Part shown: positions 1 to 12,544 of the stretch, in pieces
How the letters are laid out: the number at the start of each line of letters is the position of its first letter
How positions within the stretch are numbered: the stretch's first letter is position 1
DNA from: Heterodontus francisci
Taxonomy: Eukaryota
Direction of reading: 5' to 3'
DNA: 64,000 nucleotides
Assembly (NCBI RefSeq): GCF_036365525.1
Contig: NC_090392.1
Span: forward strand, 58,653,247-58,717,246
Notes under the pieces: generated by a model
The model's input: the letters and a program-made list of their open reading frames with translations, nothing else
Databases searched by the model: none
Told to the model about the DNA's origin: nothing
Made by a program: the position numbers and the translations under genes

Positions 1-572
1 CTGGGCTTTATAAATTGAGGAATAGAGTACAAAAGCAAGGAGGTTATGGTGAACCTTTAAAAGACGCAGGTTTGGCCTTCGCTGGACTATCGTGTCCAGC
101 TCTGGGCATCGCACTTTCGGAAGGATGTGAAAGCATTAGACAGGATGCAGAAAAGAATGGTTCCAGGAAGGAGAGACTTCAGTTACGTGAATTGATTGCA
201 GAATCTGGGGCTGTTCTTGGAGAAGAAAAGGTTGAGAGGTGATTTGATAGAGGTGTTCAAGATCATGAGGGGCCTGGACAGAATAGATAGGGAGAAACTG
301 TTCCCATTGGCTGAAGGACCCAGAACCAGAGGACACCAATTTAAGATGAATGCCGAAAGAACAAAAGGCGACATGACGAAGATTTTTTTTTACACAGAAA
401 GTGGTTGGGATCTGGAATATGCTGCCTGAGTGTGTGGTGAGGACAGATTCAATTGTGGCTTTGAAAAGGGAATTGGATAATTATCTGAATTAAAAAGATT
501 TACAGGGCTATAGGGAAAAAGGAGAGCGAGTGGGGCTAGCTAAGTTGTTCTTGCAGAGAGCCACCACGGACA
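1..572 (+). mobile_element. CR1 LINE 3' fragment, degenerate
   Basis: Broken ORF2 C-terminus (LGLFLEKKRLRGDLIEVFKIMRGLDR...RTRGH) followed by 3' UTR. Confidence 0.85.
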
Positions 573-699
573 CATAAGAACAAAAAAAAATAGGAGCAGG
601 TGTAGACCATACAGCCCCTCGAGCCTGCTCCACCATTCAGTACAATCTTTGGCTTCAACTCCACTTTCCTGCCCACTCCCCTGAGAGACCAAAAATCTG

Positions 700-913
700 A
701 AATAAAAACACAGTGCTGGAAATACTCAACAGGTCTGGCACCGTCTGTGGAGAGAGAAGCAGAGTTAACATTTCAGGTCTCTGACCTAAGGTCACAAACT
801 TGAAATGTTAACTCTACTTCTCTCTCTACGGATGCTGCCTGACCTGCTGAGTATTTCCAGCACACTGTCTTTTTTTCAGATTTCCAGCATCTGCAGTATT
901 TTGCTTTTATTTT
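700..913. mobile_element. Short palindromic element, putative Penelope-like pLTR derivative, copy 1
   Basis: Inverted arms tgctggaaatactcaacaggtc...gagttaacatttca / tgaaatgttaactc...gacctgctgagtatttccagca, flanked by the direct repeat AGAGACCAAAAATCTG (684-699) / AGAGACCATAAATTTG (914-929). Confidence 0.7.
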
Positions 914-1837
914 AGAGACCATAAATTTGTCTATCTCCGCCTTAAATATGGAGTATCCAGAACCCTCTGAGGTAGAGAATTCCAAAGATTTATAACCCTT
1001 TGAAGAAATTTCTCCTCAGCTCAATCCTAAATGATCTTCCCCTTATCCTGAGACTATGTCCCCATGTTCTAGCTTCCCCAGCCAGGGGAAACAGCCTCTG
1101 TGTCTATCCTGTCAAGCCCCTTCAGAATCTTGTATGTTTCTGTGAGATCACCTCTCATTCTTCTAAACTCCAGAGAATATAGACCCAATTTACTCAGCCT
1201 CTCATCAGAGGACCGATCTAGTGAACCTTCGATGTACTGCCTCCAAGTCAAATATATCCTTCCTTAAATATGGAGACCAAAACTGCACATAGTAATCCAG
1301 GTGAGGTCTCACCAAAGCCCTGTACAGATGTAGCAATACTTTATTCTTGTATTTTAATTCTCTTGCAATAAAGGCCATCATGCCATTTGCCTTCCTAATT
1401 GCTTGCTGTACCTGCATACTAACTTTGCGTTCCTTGTACGAGTACACCCAGGTCCTCTGAATATTAACATTTACAAGTATCATGCCTTTTTGTACTCCGT
1501 CTGCCACCTTGTTGCCCACTCACTTAACCTGCCTATATCTCTTTACAGTCTCTTTGTCTCCACCTCATAGCTTACATTCCCACCTATCTTTGTATCCTCA
1601 TCTAGCTTAGATACATTACTCTGTCGCTTCATCTAGTCATTAATATAGATTGTAAATAGCTGAGGTCCCAGCACTGATCCTAGCAGCACTCCACAGGTCG
1701 CAGCCTATCAACTTGAAAATGCCCCGTTTATTCCTACTCTTTGCTTTCTGTCTGTCAGTCCTCTATCCATGCTAATATATTACCAACGCCATGAGTCGTT
1801 ATCTTGCATATTAAACTTTTGTGTGGCACCTTTATTT

Positions 1838-2158
1838 TTTAGAATTAGAACATTACAGCGCAGTACAGGCCCTTCGGCTCTCGATGTTGTGCCGACCTGT
1901 GAAACCATCTGACCTACACTATTCCATTTTCATCCATATGTCTATCCAATGACCACTTAAATGCCCTTAAAGTTGGCGAGTCTACTACTGTTGCAGGCAG
2001 GGCGTTCCACGCCCCTACTACTCTCTGAGTAAAGAAAGTACCTCTGACATCTGTCCTATATCTATCACCCCTCAACTTAGAGCTATGTCCCCTCGTGTTT
2101 GCCATCACCATCCGAGGAAAAAGACTCACTATCCACCCTATCTAACCCTCTGATTATA
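1838..2158 (-). mobile_element. Younger CR1 3' fragment nested in an older CR1
   Basis: Open ORF2 terminus (TRGHSSKLRG...FFTQRVVGAWNALP...LDRHM), 3' hairpin gccgaagggcctgt and a short repeat tail. Confidence 0.8.
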
Positions 2159-2300
2159 GAATGCCTTTTGGAAGTCTAAGTTACATCTAATATTACATCT
2201 TCTGGTTTCCCCTTTATCTACCCTACTAGTTACATTTTCAAAATAACTCTCATAATTTTGTCAAACAGTTCCTTCTGTGCTATAACTATTGTGATTCGAT

Positions 2301-3266
2301 TGTTATGGTCAAGGGAGGAGGGGTCGAAGGGCTTCCCTCTTTTCTTCCTCCTTGTTTGACCACAACTGGTTTAATTCTTTCTTAAAGTGGATGTACTGGC
2401 CAGTTCAGTAGGTATTTGATTACTTACTTGCTGTGTGCATAAGAACCAATCGGACAGCTTTTCTTGAATTAACAAAGAAAGAGGTTAACTTTATTGTACA
2501 TAAACTGAACTAATAGAATAATAAATAGCATGCCAACTTTCTGTCTCTCTCACACACAGACACTAGAGATTTACACATGCGCAAATAGGTTACAGAGTGG
2601 GGAAAGGTAGATTGGTTGACTTCGAGTCCATAGAAAAAAGATTATACAGTCTGTGTGTTTGGTGAATCGGCTGGCTTCTAGCTGAAATCAGTAGTCCTAA
2701 GGCTTTTAATTTAAAGAGGTAGATGACTGGTTCGGTGGCTCTCTTGGAGATAGCAATGCAAATGATTTCCTCCAACGGGGTTTCTGGCTGTAGCTGGAGT
2801 ATGCAAAGGTGGTCAGTCAACAGGCAGGGTTTGAAAACTTTCAAGCTGGAATGGGGAGAGAGGGACCTCCACTTGGGTCTGGACATGTCAGAGTCCAGTT
2901 GCTTCTCCTCTCTGCTGCAGAAAGACACAAGTTTAAAACCACAGATGGGTAGTGGCTTGTCACATGACAGCCACTCAGTGATTCAAAACATAGCAGTATT
3001 TCTCTCTTCCTAAAAAGAACAGGCAGTTCCCTTAAACTTCCTGGGTCTTAGTTCTTGCTGGGAAATGCAGCCATTCCGTCTCCCTCCTCACAAGCCTTGC
3101 AGTGTAGGATACAGTTTTGCAAATTAGGTCACCATCCTAAGCTGCCAGCAAAGTCATCTTTGTAGTTTTTCTTTTTTAAATGTCTTTTAAAATAAAAATA
3201 TAAATTCATATCTCCAGTCAGTGGATTAAGGAAAATTATCATTCAATAAAGCACATTGGTGTAACA
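2301..3266 (-). mobile_element. Solo LTR, family B
   Basis: TGTTA...TAACA termini, homologous to 10751-11776, AATAAA on the minus strand. Flanks cgat/ctgt are each one change from CTAT. Confidence 0.6.
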
Positions 3267-3359
3267 CTGTGATATACCTCAGTTGAAACTACAATGAATA
3301 CCACCTCATTTAAATCAGGCGACTTGTTAAAATACCCAATGTTTGTTTTGGATGTTCAG

Positions 3360-3447
3360 GTCTCATAGGAGATATCTTTCTGAATAAAGAGCCTTTGAAT
3401 GGCTTTACAATCTACCCCTTGGAGATGAAAACCAGTTTTATTGAGAG
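3360..3447 (+). CDS. GLB1L2: GLB1L2-like beta-galactosidase (GH35) internal coding exon
   Basis: ttcAG acceptor (3358-3359) and GTaaag donor (3448). Translates (G)LIGDIFLNKEPLNGFTIYPLEMKTSFIE, resembling recalled human GLB1L2 [29 protein letters not shown]. Phase matches the next exon. Earlier exons were not found in the window and probably lie upstream of it. Confidence 0.9.
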
Positions 3448-3614
3448 GTAAAGTAACATGAATTCAGCATGCTTTCAGATGATTTGTTATGTTATGCAAT
3501 CGCTGATTTGTATAATTACAGCAACTCTTGTAAAGATGTTTTTACTTTTTATTGTTTTGGGCTTCTGGAAGTGTACTTTCTCTATGCTCTAGTCCCAGTG
3601 TGTTGCAATCATTT

Positions 3615-3945
3615 AAAACCATAGAAAAGTTACAGCACAAAAAGAGACCATTCAGCCATCATGTCTGCGCTGGCTGAAAGAAACTAGCTGCCCAAACTAA
3701 TGCCACCTTCCAGCACCTGGTCCATAGCCTTGCAAGTTACAGCACTTCAGGTGCAGGTACCTTTAAAAAGAGTTGAGGGTTTCTGCCTCCACCACCAATC
3801 CAGGCAGTGAATTCCAGACACCCACCACTCTCTGGGTGAAAAAGGTTTCTTTGTGTCCCCTCTAATCCATCTTAAATCTGTGCCCTCTGGTAATTGACCT
3901 TTCCTAGGGGAAACAGGTCCTTCCTGTGTACTCTATCTAGACCTG
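3615..3945 (-). mobile_element. CR1 3' fragment
   Basis: Typical antisense CR1 terminus (agttacagcaca...ccattcagcc; accactctctgggtgaaaaa). Confidence 0.7.
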
Positions 3946-5657
3946 TTACTTTCAGCAGAGACCAGAGTTCAAATTCCAACTCAAATCTCTGTTCTCTGAA
4001 GGCTGTTAGTCACTATTCAACTTCTGGTGGATGCAAGCACGAGTTTGACAAAGACAGTCATGGTACTTGCTGATTTTCCTTATATTCCCCCCCCCCTTTT
4101 CCATAGTACACCTTGCTGTGGGGAGCTGCACCATCACCTGTCTGCAAAAGAATATTTCCGCTGCCTCCCCCTCCTATCATGATGGCGCCTTTTATGGCCT
4201 GGGAAGGTTTGCTAACTGATTGGGAGTGATATTTATTTCTCCTGTGAGCTGACCACACCCAGACCTTGAGTGAGCCTGATTCTAGTTGTCGCACTAGTTT
4301 CTTCAGTCCCCTCCTTATAAATCTTTACACTACTGTCTGTTCTGTTCCATTATTAATGTGATTGGTTTCTTAAAAGGGATAAATTACCTTAAATAAAAGA
4401 CTTTTTAAAAATCTGTTACAAATAGTTGCGATCACGCTTAAAATTTTGGAGGCGTTTCCGAGCCACCATGTGAAGTGCTAGAATCAGGATAACAGGGGCA
4501 GTCATGTCTTCAGAGAGGGTTTTCATTATGGTATTTTGACTCTTAATTGGCTCCAGTCACTGCATTAATCATTGTGGCTGTTCCAGAGTCCCTGATAAGA
4601 TTATTCATAATCCAACATTTGTACATCTGATATTCAAAATATCAACACATGGGCAAACATATCAGCATGTTAATCTACTCATTTCTTTTGGTATTTTTAT
4701 TTTAAAGCAATTAAAGTTTCCAGAGCTCATTCCCTAAGTTAATCTTAAATAATAACCTGAGTGAATGCTACAGTAGTTCAGATGATAATAAAAACGAGAT
4801 GAACAAGACTCTTACAGTTTTTACAACAGTTCGTTGTACAGTGAGATTAGATCACTCTTTACAAATTACTCCACAATCTTGTATGGATTTTGTAATCAAC
4901 AGTGGGAGGAATCTGAGTTTTCTACCTTGGTCACCCACTGCTAATATTAAATACTCCCAGCCTAGGTAAATGCCAGATAATGCTCCTGCTACTCCATACT
5001 ACTGTGAATATTTTTTACTTCCCACACCAATAATCTTCACTGTCCAGATAGCATTGCCAGTTTACTGCCCCTCTTGTTTTCTTTCTAACCACGTTACCAT
5101 TATGAACTGAACTCAGACCGATCATGAATTTGTGTCTAATTAACATGTGATGATCACACACAAGAATTATTGCTGATTTATTGAGAGATTCTGGACTGTT
5201 GTATGTATACCATATATGTATTTTTCCTTCTGCCAACCCTTATTTACTAAAAGCATCTCTTTCCAGTGTTGCAGCATCACACACTCGAGATTCTCTTTGG
5301 TACCTCATTGATTCTTTGTGTGGGAGCCTAAGCTAATTGACTGGAGTGTATTATAGCTGAGCCTGATCCTGTTCTTACCCAGCATGCGCGCACACTCCCA
5401 GCAGGAGTCATTGTATAGCTTTCAGGAGTGGAATCCCAGGGGTACTGAGAGCAATTGCAGTGTCTTTGCAAAATAAAATGTGGAGTTTGTGGGTCCATTT
5501 TTGTCCAATGTTCATTTTGCATACATCAGCCAGTGTAATGCTGCAAAATGACATCCACACCAAAGGATTGAAGATGGTGACTTTTGTTGAATGGTAAATG
5601 AATGCTAACCATTGGGAATGACATTGTTTCCTTTTGTTTGTCTCTCCTGGGTTGAAG

Positions 5658-5769
5658 TTTCTCAGCTATCCAGTTGAAACCTAATCCGGAAAAGCCTATC
5701 TTTCCCGCCTTTTTCTATGGCATACTACATGTGGATTCGTTGCCTTACGATACTTTTGTAAAACTTAAG
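5658..5769 (+). CDS. GLB1L2: GLB1L2-like internal coding exon
   Basis: AAG acceptor (AG 5656-5657) is the nearby AG giving the required phase; GTgagg donor at 5770. Translates FSAIQLKPNPEKPIFPAFFYGILHVDSLPYDTFVKLK with the PAFF...DTF.KL motif of the GH35 C-terminal domain. Confidence 0.85.
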
Positions 5770-7159
5770 GTGAGGAAAATTATTTTGTCCAATACAGCTT
5801 CCTGCTTCAGGTAGTGATTTTTTTTTAAATGTGTAACTTATGTCCTGAGATGTGAGATAAACTGAATAAGGCAGTTGAAAAATAAACAGAACACCAACTT
5901 ATAGAACTACTAGACCTCATTCATCCCAACAAAAGTGGGAAAATATGATACTGAAATTTTTAAACAATGTTTTTTAAAGGAGGTGTAGGTATCAGACACA
6001 ACTTTAAAACATTGTAGTTATGGAAGGAAATCTGATTTAACTGAGGATTCACTCCTCTGGGTGTTTGTTTCTGAATAGTTTGAGAACTGAACTGATCTCT
6101 GAATTACTTTATGGTATTGTTGCTGTTGTGCTGGCAGAATTTTCTTCATAATTTGTCAAAATGTTGTCAAATCTGCTCTTTGCTCTTGGTTACTCTGATC
6201 CTTTCAACCCAGTTTAGACCAGAGAATGCATTCTATTGATCCAGACTCAATTCATTCTCCTTACCCAGCCTGTGCCGTGAGCTGAGACATGACGGAAAGT
6301 AGTGAGTGAAGCAGAGACGGAGGGAGGCAGGGAATCGATTCAGATCGACCCTAATCCATTTGTTTTGAAATCTACTTTAAATCCTTGAAGTAACAGGTTT
6401 TAATTTTGTTTAATCTTCAGGCTGTGTTTATGCTACCATTTAACATCTGCTTCTCCTCTTCTAATAAATACAAAGTTGTACATTAAATTATAGGAACGAT
6501 TTTCCTGTTTCTTGCCCCTGGAGCTATTGAATAACCCAGGGCACAGCAGATACAGGAAAATCGGACAGGGGAATGCATAACCCCAGCAGAATTCACCCAG
6601 TTTTTTTTTTAAAAAACAACTCAATAGTAAATAAAGTGGACTGCATGAATTTCTCTCTTCACTGAAGTCGGGCAACCTCCAAGGTGGAGGAACAGGTAAG
6701 ATTTTCATTGTGAAGTGATTGCATGGTATGCCTTGTGAGAGGAGCTGGTAATCCTAGAGAACCAGTTACTTCAGCAATGTACCTAATTTACTGTTTTAAA
6801 AGAAAATGTTTTAATGTGTAAATCTTGCTTCAGTAGAGCATCACTGTAGCATTACTTCAAAGTATAAGGTAAATGCACAGGGCGCATACAGTACTGACAA
6901 TTCAAAGTGCCCACAGTCTTTTTAATGAAAAAAAAAACTCCTACCTGATAGCAGAGACTTTAAAATTACTGCTTCTTTCCCTCTCTTCCCCAATGCGAAC
7001 TGGCATTTCACAATTCAGCAAGGAGCCATTCATCTGATCTCAGGTGTTAGTGTTGTTGGAGAGTGGCTCCACAAAAATGACAGCATCCTTTCTGTTCCAT
7101 ACACAACCAGGGTAAAATAGAGATTGTATCCCTAACAGCACCTAGAAAGAATGCCAGTC

Positions 7160-7350
7160 AATATTAATTCATCTCTTTCCTCCTTTAAGACACTCCTTAA
7201 AAACTACCTCTTTAGCCAAGCTTTTGTCATCTGTACTAATATCTCCTGAAGTGATTTGGTGCCAAATTTTGACTGATAATGCTCCTGTGAAGTACCTTGG
7301 GATCTTTTACTATGTTAAAGGCACTATAAAAATGGAAGTGGTTGTTCTGA
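7160..7350 (+). mobile_element. L2-like LINE 3' tail
   Basis: ctccttaaaaactacctcttt...ccttgggatcttttactatgttaaaggcactataaaaatg, the same tail type as 32520-32945 and the Deu-SINE copies. Confidence 0.55.
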
Positions 7351-7424
7351 AGTTATTTACTGACAGGTCTTGTAACTGATCATTGCTCCTTTCTTATTCC
7401 TCCTAAGCTGCAAATATTATGTCC

Positions 7425-7896
7425 TATAAACGCATCCTTTTCTCTGTCTACTGTATCGAGGCCTCTCATAATTTTGTACATCTCTATTAAGTCACCCCTC
7501 AGCCTCCTCTGTTCTAAGGAAAACAACCCTAGCCTTTTCCAATCTTTCCTCATAGCTGCAACTTTCGAGCCCTGGCAACATTCTTGTAAATCTCCTCTGT
7601 ACTCTCTCCAGAGCAATTATGTCCTTTGTGCATTGTGGTGACCCAAACTGTATGCAATACTCCAACTGTGGCCTAACCAGTGTTTTATACAGTTCCAGCA
7701 TTACATCCCTGATTTTGAATTCTATACGTCAGCCAATAAAGGAAAGCATTCCGTATGCCTTCTTCACTCTATCTACCTATCCTGCCACCTTCAGGGACCT
7801 GTGGACATGCCCTCCAAGGCCTCTCGCTTCTTCTACCTCTCTCAATATCCTCCTGTTTATTGTGTATTCCCTCACTTTATTTGCCCTTCCCAAATG
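7425..7896 (-). mobile_element. CR1 fragment
   Basis: ORF2 pieces LELYKTLVRPQLEYCIQF and LGLFSLEQRRLRGDLIEMYKIMRGLD. Confidence 0.85.
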
Positions 7897-8705
7897 CATT
7901 GGTGGAATGGGTGGGCAAGTGGAAGATGAAATTTAATGCAGAGAATAGTGGTGATTCATTTTGGTAGAACATGGAGAGACAATATAAAATAAAGGATACA
8001 ATTCTAAAGGGGGTGCAGATGCAGAGGGATCTGGGGGTATGTCTGCATAAATCATTGAATGTGACAGGACAAGTTGAGAGTGTGGGTTATTAAAACATAG
8101 AGCATCCTAGGCTTTATCAATAGGGGCATAGAGTACAAAAGCAAGGAAGTTATGCTAAACTTGTACAAAATGCTGGTTCGGCCTCAACTGGAGTATTGCA
8201 TCCAGTTCTGGGCACACTTTAGGAAGAATGTGAAGGCTTTAGAAAGGGTGCAGAACAAATTCACGAGAATGGTTCTAGGGTTGAGGAGTTTAAGTTGCGT
8301 GGATAGATTGGAGAAATTGGGACTGTTTTCCTTGGAGATGAGAAAGTTGAGAGGAGGTTTGATAGATGTACTCAAAATCATGAGGGGTCTGGACAGAGTA
8401 GATGGGGAGAAACTATTCCTGTGGGAAGGATCAAGAACAAGAGGACACAGATTCAAGGCGAGAGAAGCAATGGCGACATGAGGAGAAACCTTTTCATACA
8501 GCGAGTGGTTAGGATCTGGAATGCACTGCCTGAGAGTGTGGAGGAGGCAAGTTCAATCGAGGCATTCAAGTGGGAATAGGATTGTTATCTGAAAAGGAAG
8601 AATCTGCAGGACTATGGGGAGAAGGCAGGGGAGTGGCACTTAATGAATTGCACCTTCAGAGAGTCAGCACAGACACAACGGGCCGAATGGCCGCCTTTGG
8701 TGCTG
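7897..8705 (+). mobile_element. CR1 3' fragment
   Basis: ORF 8152-8481 (LYKMLVRPQLEYCIQFWA...RTRGHRFK); 3' hairpin gggccgaatggcc. Confidence 0.85.
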
Positions 8706-9858
8706 TAAAAAGGCGTTTGATAAAGTGCCAAATAACAGTCCTGTCAGCAAAGTTAAAGCCCATGGAATAAAAGGGACAGTAGCAGCATGGATATGAAGTT
8801 GGCTGAGTGATGGCAAACAGAGTAGTAGTGAACAGTTTTTCAGACTGGCAGAATATGGGATTCCCCAGAGGTCAGTAATAGGATCACTGTTTTTGTTGAC
8901 CTGTATTAATGAAGTTGTCTTGGGTGTACAGGGCACAATCTCAAGTTGCTGATGACACAAAACTTGGAAGTATTGTGAACTGTGAGAAGGATAGTGATGG
9001 ACTTCAAGAAGATATAGACAGGCTGGTGAAATGGGCATGTGGCACATGAAATTTAATGCAACTAAGTGTGAAGTGATTCCTTTTAGTAGGAATAACGAGG
9101 AGAAGCAATATAAAATAATGGATACAATTATAAAGGGGGCGTAGGAGCAAAGAGCCCTGGGGGTAGATGCGTACAAATTATTGAAGGTGGCAGGCAGGTT
9201 GAGAAAGTTAACAAGGCATATGGGGTCCTGGGCTTTCTTAATAGAGGCATAGAGGACAAAAGCAAGGAAATTATAGTGAATCTTTATAAAACACGGGCTC
9301 AGCCTCAACTGAAGTATTCTATCCAATTCTGGGCACCACACTTAGGAAGGATGTGAAGGCTTTAGAAGGGTAGCCGAAAAGATTTAAGAGAATGGTTCCT
9401 GGAATGGGGGACTTCAGTTATGAGGATCGAGCGCAGAAGCTGAGGTCATTCTCCTTGGAGAAGAGAAGGTTGAGAGGTAATTTGAAAGAGGTGTTCAAAA
9501 TCATGTGGGTGTGGACAAAGTATATGGAGAGAAACTGTTCCCATTGGCGGAAAGGTCGAGAACCAGAGGACGCTGATTTAAGCTGAATGGCAAAAGAACC
9601 AAAGGCGACACGAGGAAAAGCTTTTTTATGCAGCACATGGTTCGGATCCGGAATGTGCTGCCTGAGAGTGTGGTGGAGACCGATTCAATCGTGGCTTTCA
9701 AAAGGAAATTGGATTAGCGCCTGAATAGAAAATAATTATGGGACCATGGGGTAAAGGCAGGAGAGTGAGACTAGCTGAGTTGCCTTTGCAGAGAGCTGGC
9801 ACAGACATGATGGGCCGAGTGGCCGCCTCCTGTGCTGTGTAACCATTCTATGATTCTA
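8706..9858 (+). mobile_element. CR1 3' fragment, degenerate RT
   Basis: Decayed DKVP...G.PQ.SV.G...ADDTKLG motifs; ends in an attctatgattct tail. Confidence 0.85.
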
Positions 9859-9951
9859 ATATGGGATATATAGGCAGCAGTGGTATTTCTGGCAGGTTTC
9901 TCAGCTTTTCGTCTTTCCTCCCCTTTTCGTCGTTCCCCCCCCCCAATGTAC

Positions 9952-10746
9952 TGTTACGACCAGGTGAGAAAGGTGTCTAGGGGTCTGTTACTGTCTTCAC
10001 CTGGTCTTATTGTAACAGGGTTTTAATTTTTAAACACAGTATTTTGAGCTTCCCCTTTGTGAATCCTTGTTCACAGCTTTCCAATTATAAGGCAAAGAAA
10101 TGAGCACACCAGGTTTTCTTGAGTTTAAAGAGTGAAATTTATTAAGTTTGAACTCTAATAGGGTTAACGCCTACGGATATACGACGCACCCACGCTAGCA
10201 TGCATACGCGATACACACATGCAAAGAGGGACAGAACAGAGCAGAAGAAAAATAAAATGGAGAGGTTTGAGGCAATATCTGAAGAGTTTCTTGTTACTGT
10301 GCTTTGAGCTTACTGTAGCCCTTTTGTAGGTAGTTCTTGCTTGTAGATAATTCTTGCTTTTCGTGGGGCACAGTATTATTCTTAAACCTTGTTCACCGGA
10401 GGAGACTTTTCTCTTGGGGTTCATGTGTCTTTAGTGGATTCCAAAGCTGGTGAGAAACGAGATGAAAGCAGACAGAAGAGAGATGTTCTCAAGCCAGGAT
10501 CTTTTTCTGTTGAAGTTCTGTTTTTCCAATTTAAAACTCCCCTAGTTGGCCAGCAGGTGACCATGTGACTGACTGGTTTGACCAGGTCTCTTCTGTGTAT
10601 TGGGGCAGGGACTGGTCCCTTTGTTCCAACACTGCTCGTTCTGTGCAAATGTCTTTCCAGTCAGGGGCTTGCAATTTTAAGTTTTAATGTTCATGTGGCG
10701 AAATCATATGTGCCTCAGTCTTGGCAGGTGGGGGAATTGCCTGACA
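9952..10746 (-). mobile_element. Solo LTR, family A (probably Ty3/Gypsy)
   Basis: TGTTA...TGACA termini with a perfect 4-bp TSD GTAC (9948-9951, 10747-10750); inverted homolog at 51407-52249. Confidence 0.75.
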
Positions 10747-10750
10747 GTAC

Positions 10751-11776
10751 TCTTACGGCCAGGAGGGGAGGGGTTTTCAGGCTCCCCTCTTGCCCTTCCT
10801 CTTGTTTGACCGCAACAGGGTTTATTCCTTTTTAAATAAGTTGTGCTTACCACCTCTGTGAGTATTTTACCTTTTACCTGTACTGTGATCGTGAAAGAAC
10901 CAATCGGACAGGTTTTTTTGAGTTTAAACAAGAGAGGTAAGTTTATTATTCTTAACACTTTAACCCCGATTTAAAAATAATAAAAAATGCTACACGTTCA
11001 CACTCACATTCACATGAGAATCTCACACAAATAGATTACAAAGTGGAAATTGGGTTTTTGGTTGGATTAAAGTCCAGAATAAATAAGTTAAATCCACAGT
11101 TTGAGGTTGGATAATTTGGTGATTTTCCAACTGGAGTTGTACTCTTGAAGTCCTCAGCTGGTCAAAGTACACTTCGGCTGGCCTGCTTTGCTCAGGGTTT
11201 TCTTGAAGGCAGAATTGTAATTGGCTCTCTTTCCCTGGTTTCTGGCTGTAGCAATCTGTGGGCTTGGAGGGTCCACAGTTGCAGATGGTTTTCAAACTTG
11301 ATGCTTTCTGGTGAGAGAAAGGGAAGTACACAGCCTTTTCTGCTGCTACAGTCTCAGTTACTGCTTGTTTTTTTGTCTAAAGGAAACAAAACCTGAGCTT
11401 TCCTGAGATGGACAGATGGTCACATGGCTGCTTCAGGTTTTCTGGAACCATATAATGAAATTCAAGGTTAGGAATTGACTCTACATGCCCCAGAATGCCA
11501 ATTTACACTTGGAGGGGGTTTGATCTTTGAAAGTCAGTATGTTAGGATTTCCTTGACTGCTGTGCTAAAGAAGCCCTTTTGGGTAATTCAGTCACTTGGA
11601 GCAAGCCATTGTCCTGGCTGGGCTTCTTGTTGACTTTTGTCTCCAGTTCAGTCTCTTGGTATCTCGGGTGCAAATTGCAGTGGCCATCTTGGCTGCTAGT
11701 TTTTTAAAGGTTACTGTAATATTTTCTCCATTAAAAGTCTAATATTTCTCATTTGGCATATGGTGTTTTCTTGTCA
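10751..11776 (-). mobile_element. Solo LTR, family B
   Basis: Starts TCTTACGG (compare TGTTATGG at 2301), ends TGTCA, flanks GTAC/GTGC. Shares cttgtttgacc.caac.gg and aagaaccaatcggacag with 2301-3266. Confidence 0.6.
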
Positions 11777-11839
11777 GTGCAATTTGTATTCTTGCAAAAC
11801 ATTTAGAATTAAGTTTTTATGTGTTCTTGTAACTTTCAG

Positions 11840-11956
11840 GGCTGGAAAAAAGGTGTAGTTTTTGTGAATGGAATGAATTTAGGCCGCTACTGGGAAATAG
11901 GGCCACAACAGGCATTGTACTTACCAGCCCCATGGGTACAGCATGGCAATAATGAG
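11840..11956 (+). CDS. GLB1L2: GLB1L2-like penultimate coding exon
   Basis: tttcAG acceptor and GTaagt donor. Translates [39 protein letters not shown], with the hallmark GH35 motif NG.NLGRYW..GPQ..LY.P. 117 nt, phase 0-0. Confidence 0.95.
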
Positions 11957-12544
11957 GTAAGTCCAAACAGAGTGCAACTCTTTGCACAGTTGTTGGAATC
12001 CATGATTCCTTTCCTTCCCCTTGTGGGTGATCATTGAGAGTGTCACAAGTGAAATATTTTTTGATTCAAATCCACCTTTTATTGCAACAGTTCTGACACA
12101 ATAATGTTACCTGGACTTCCAATTATCTGTTAGAACAGAAATGATGTGGAGCTGAAAAATATAACTGCATTTTTATTTTACTGATTAGGTTGATCTGTGT
12201 TGTAGGGTAGCAATGATGTTCCAGTGCCTCTTCGCTGAGCACTTTACTCTCTGAGCAATGGAGCAAAATTTCAGCAGCAAATTTTTAAAAAACTTTCAAA
12301 ATTGTATTTCATCCTAATGCTTTGAATGAAAAATTCTTCAGCTCTCCATTTTTCTAATTCCATTTTCTAACACTTTGTTGAAATACTTTCACACCTTTTT
12401 TTGTATTTCCTTTACATGAAAAGATAAGTTATGTTTTGTGGAAGAAGGTTTTGATTATTAATAATTAATAATCATTGTTGATCTTGAACAAAGCCAATGT
12501 GGACTTTGATCTACAATCATTGGCTCCAAAGGTTCACAGCACTG

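Larger units (their letters stand above)
575..2265 (-). mobile_element. CR1 LINE fragment interrupted by nested insertions at 700-913 and about 1838-2158
   Basis: Frameshifted ORF2 pieces (LYRALVRPHLDYYVQFWSP; LGLYSLEFRRMRGDL); CR1 3' end near 575-620. Confidence 0.8.

Noticed and set aside
700-913. Dispersed palindromic repeats as a CRISPR-like array or pre-miRNA genes
   Set aside because: Copies are scattered with no repeat-spacer periodicity, and each has its own TSD, consistent with mobile elements.
8664-9341. 225-aa minus-strand ORF, and similar ORFs at 14424-14963 and 48702-49121
   Set aside because: These are antisense frames of LINE fragments.
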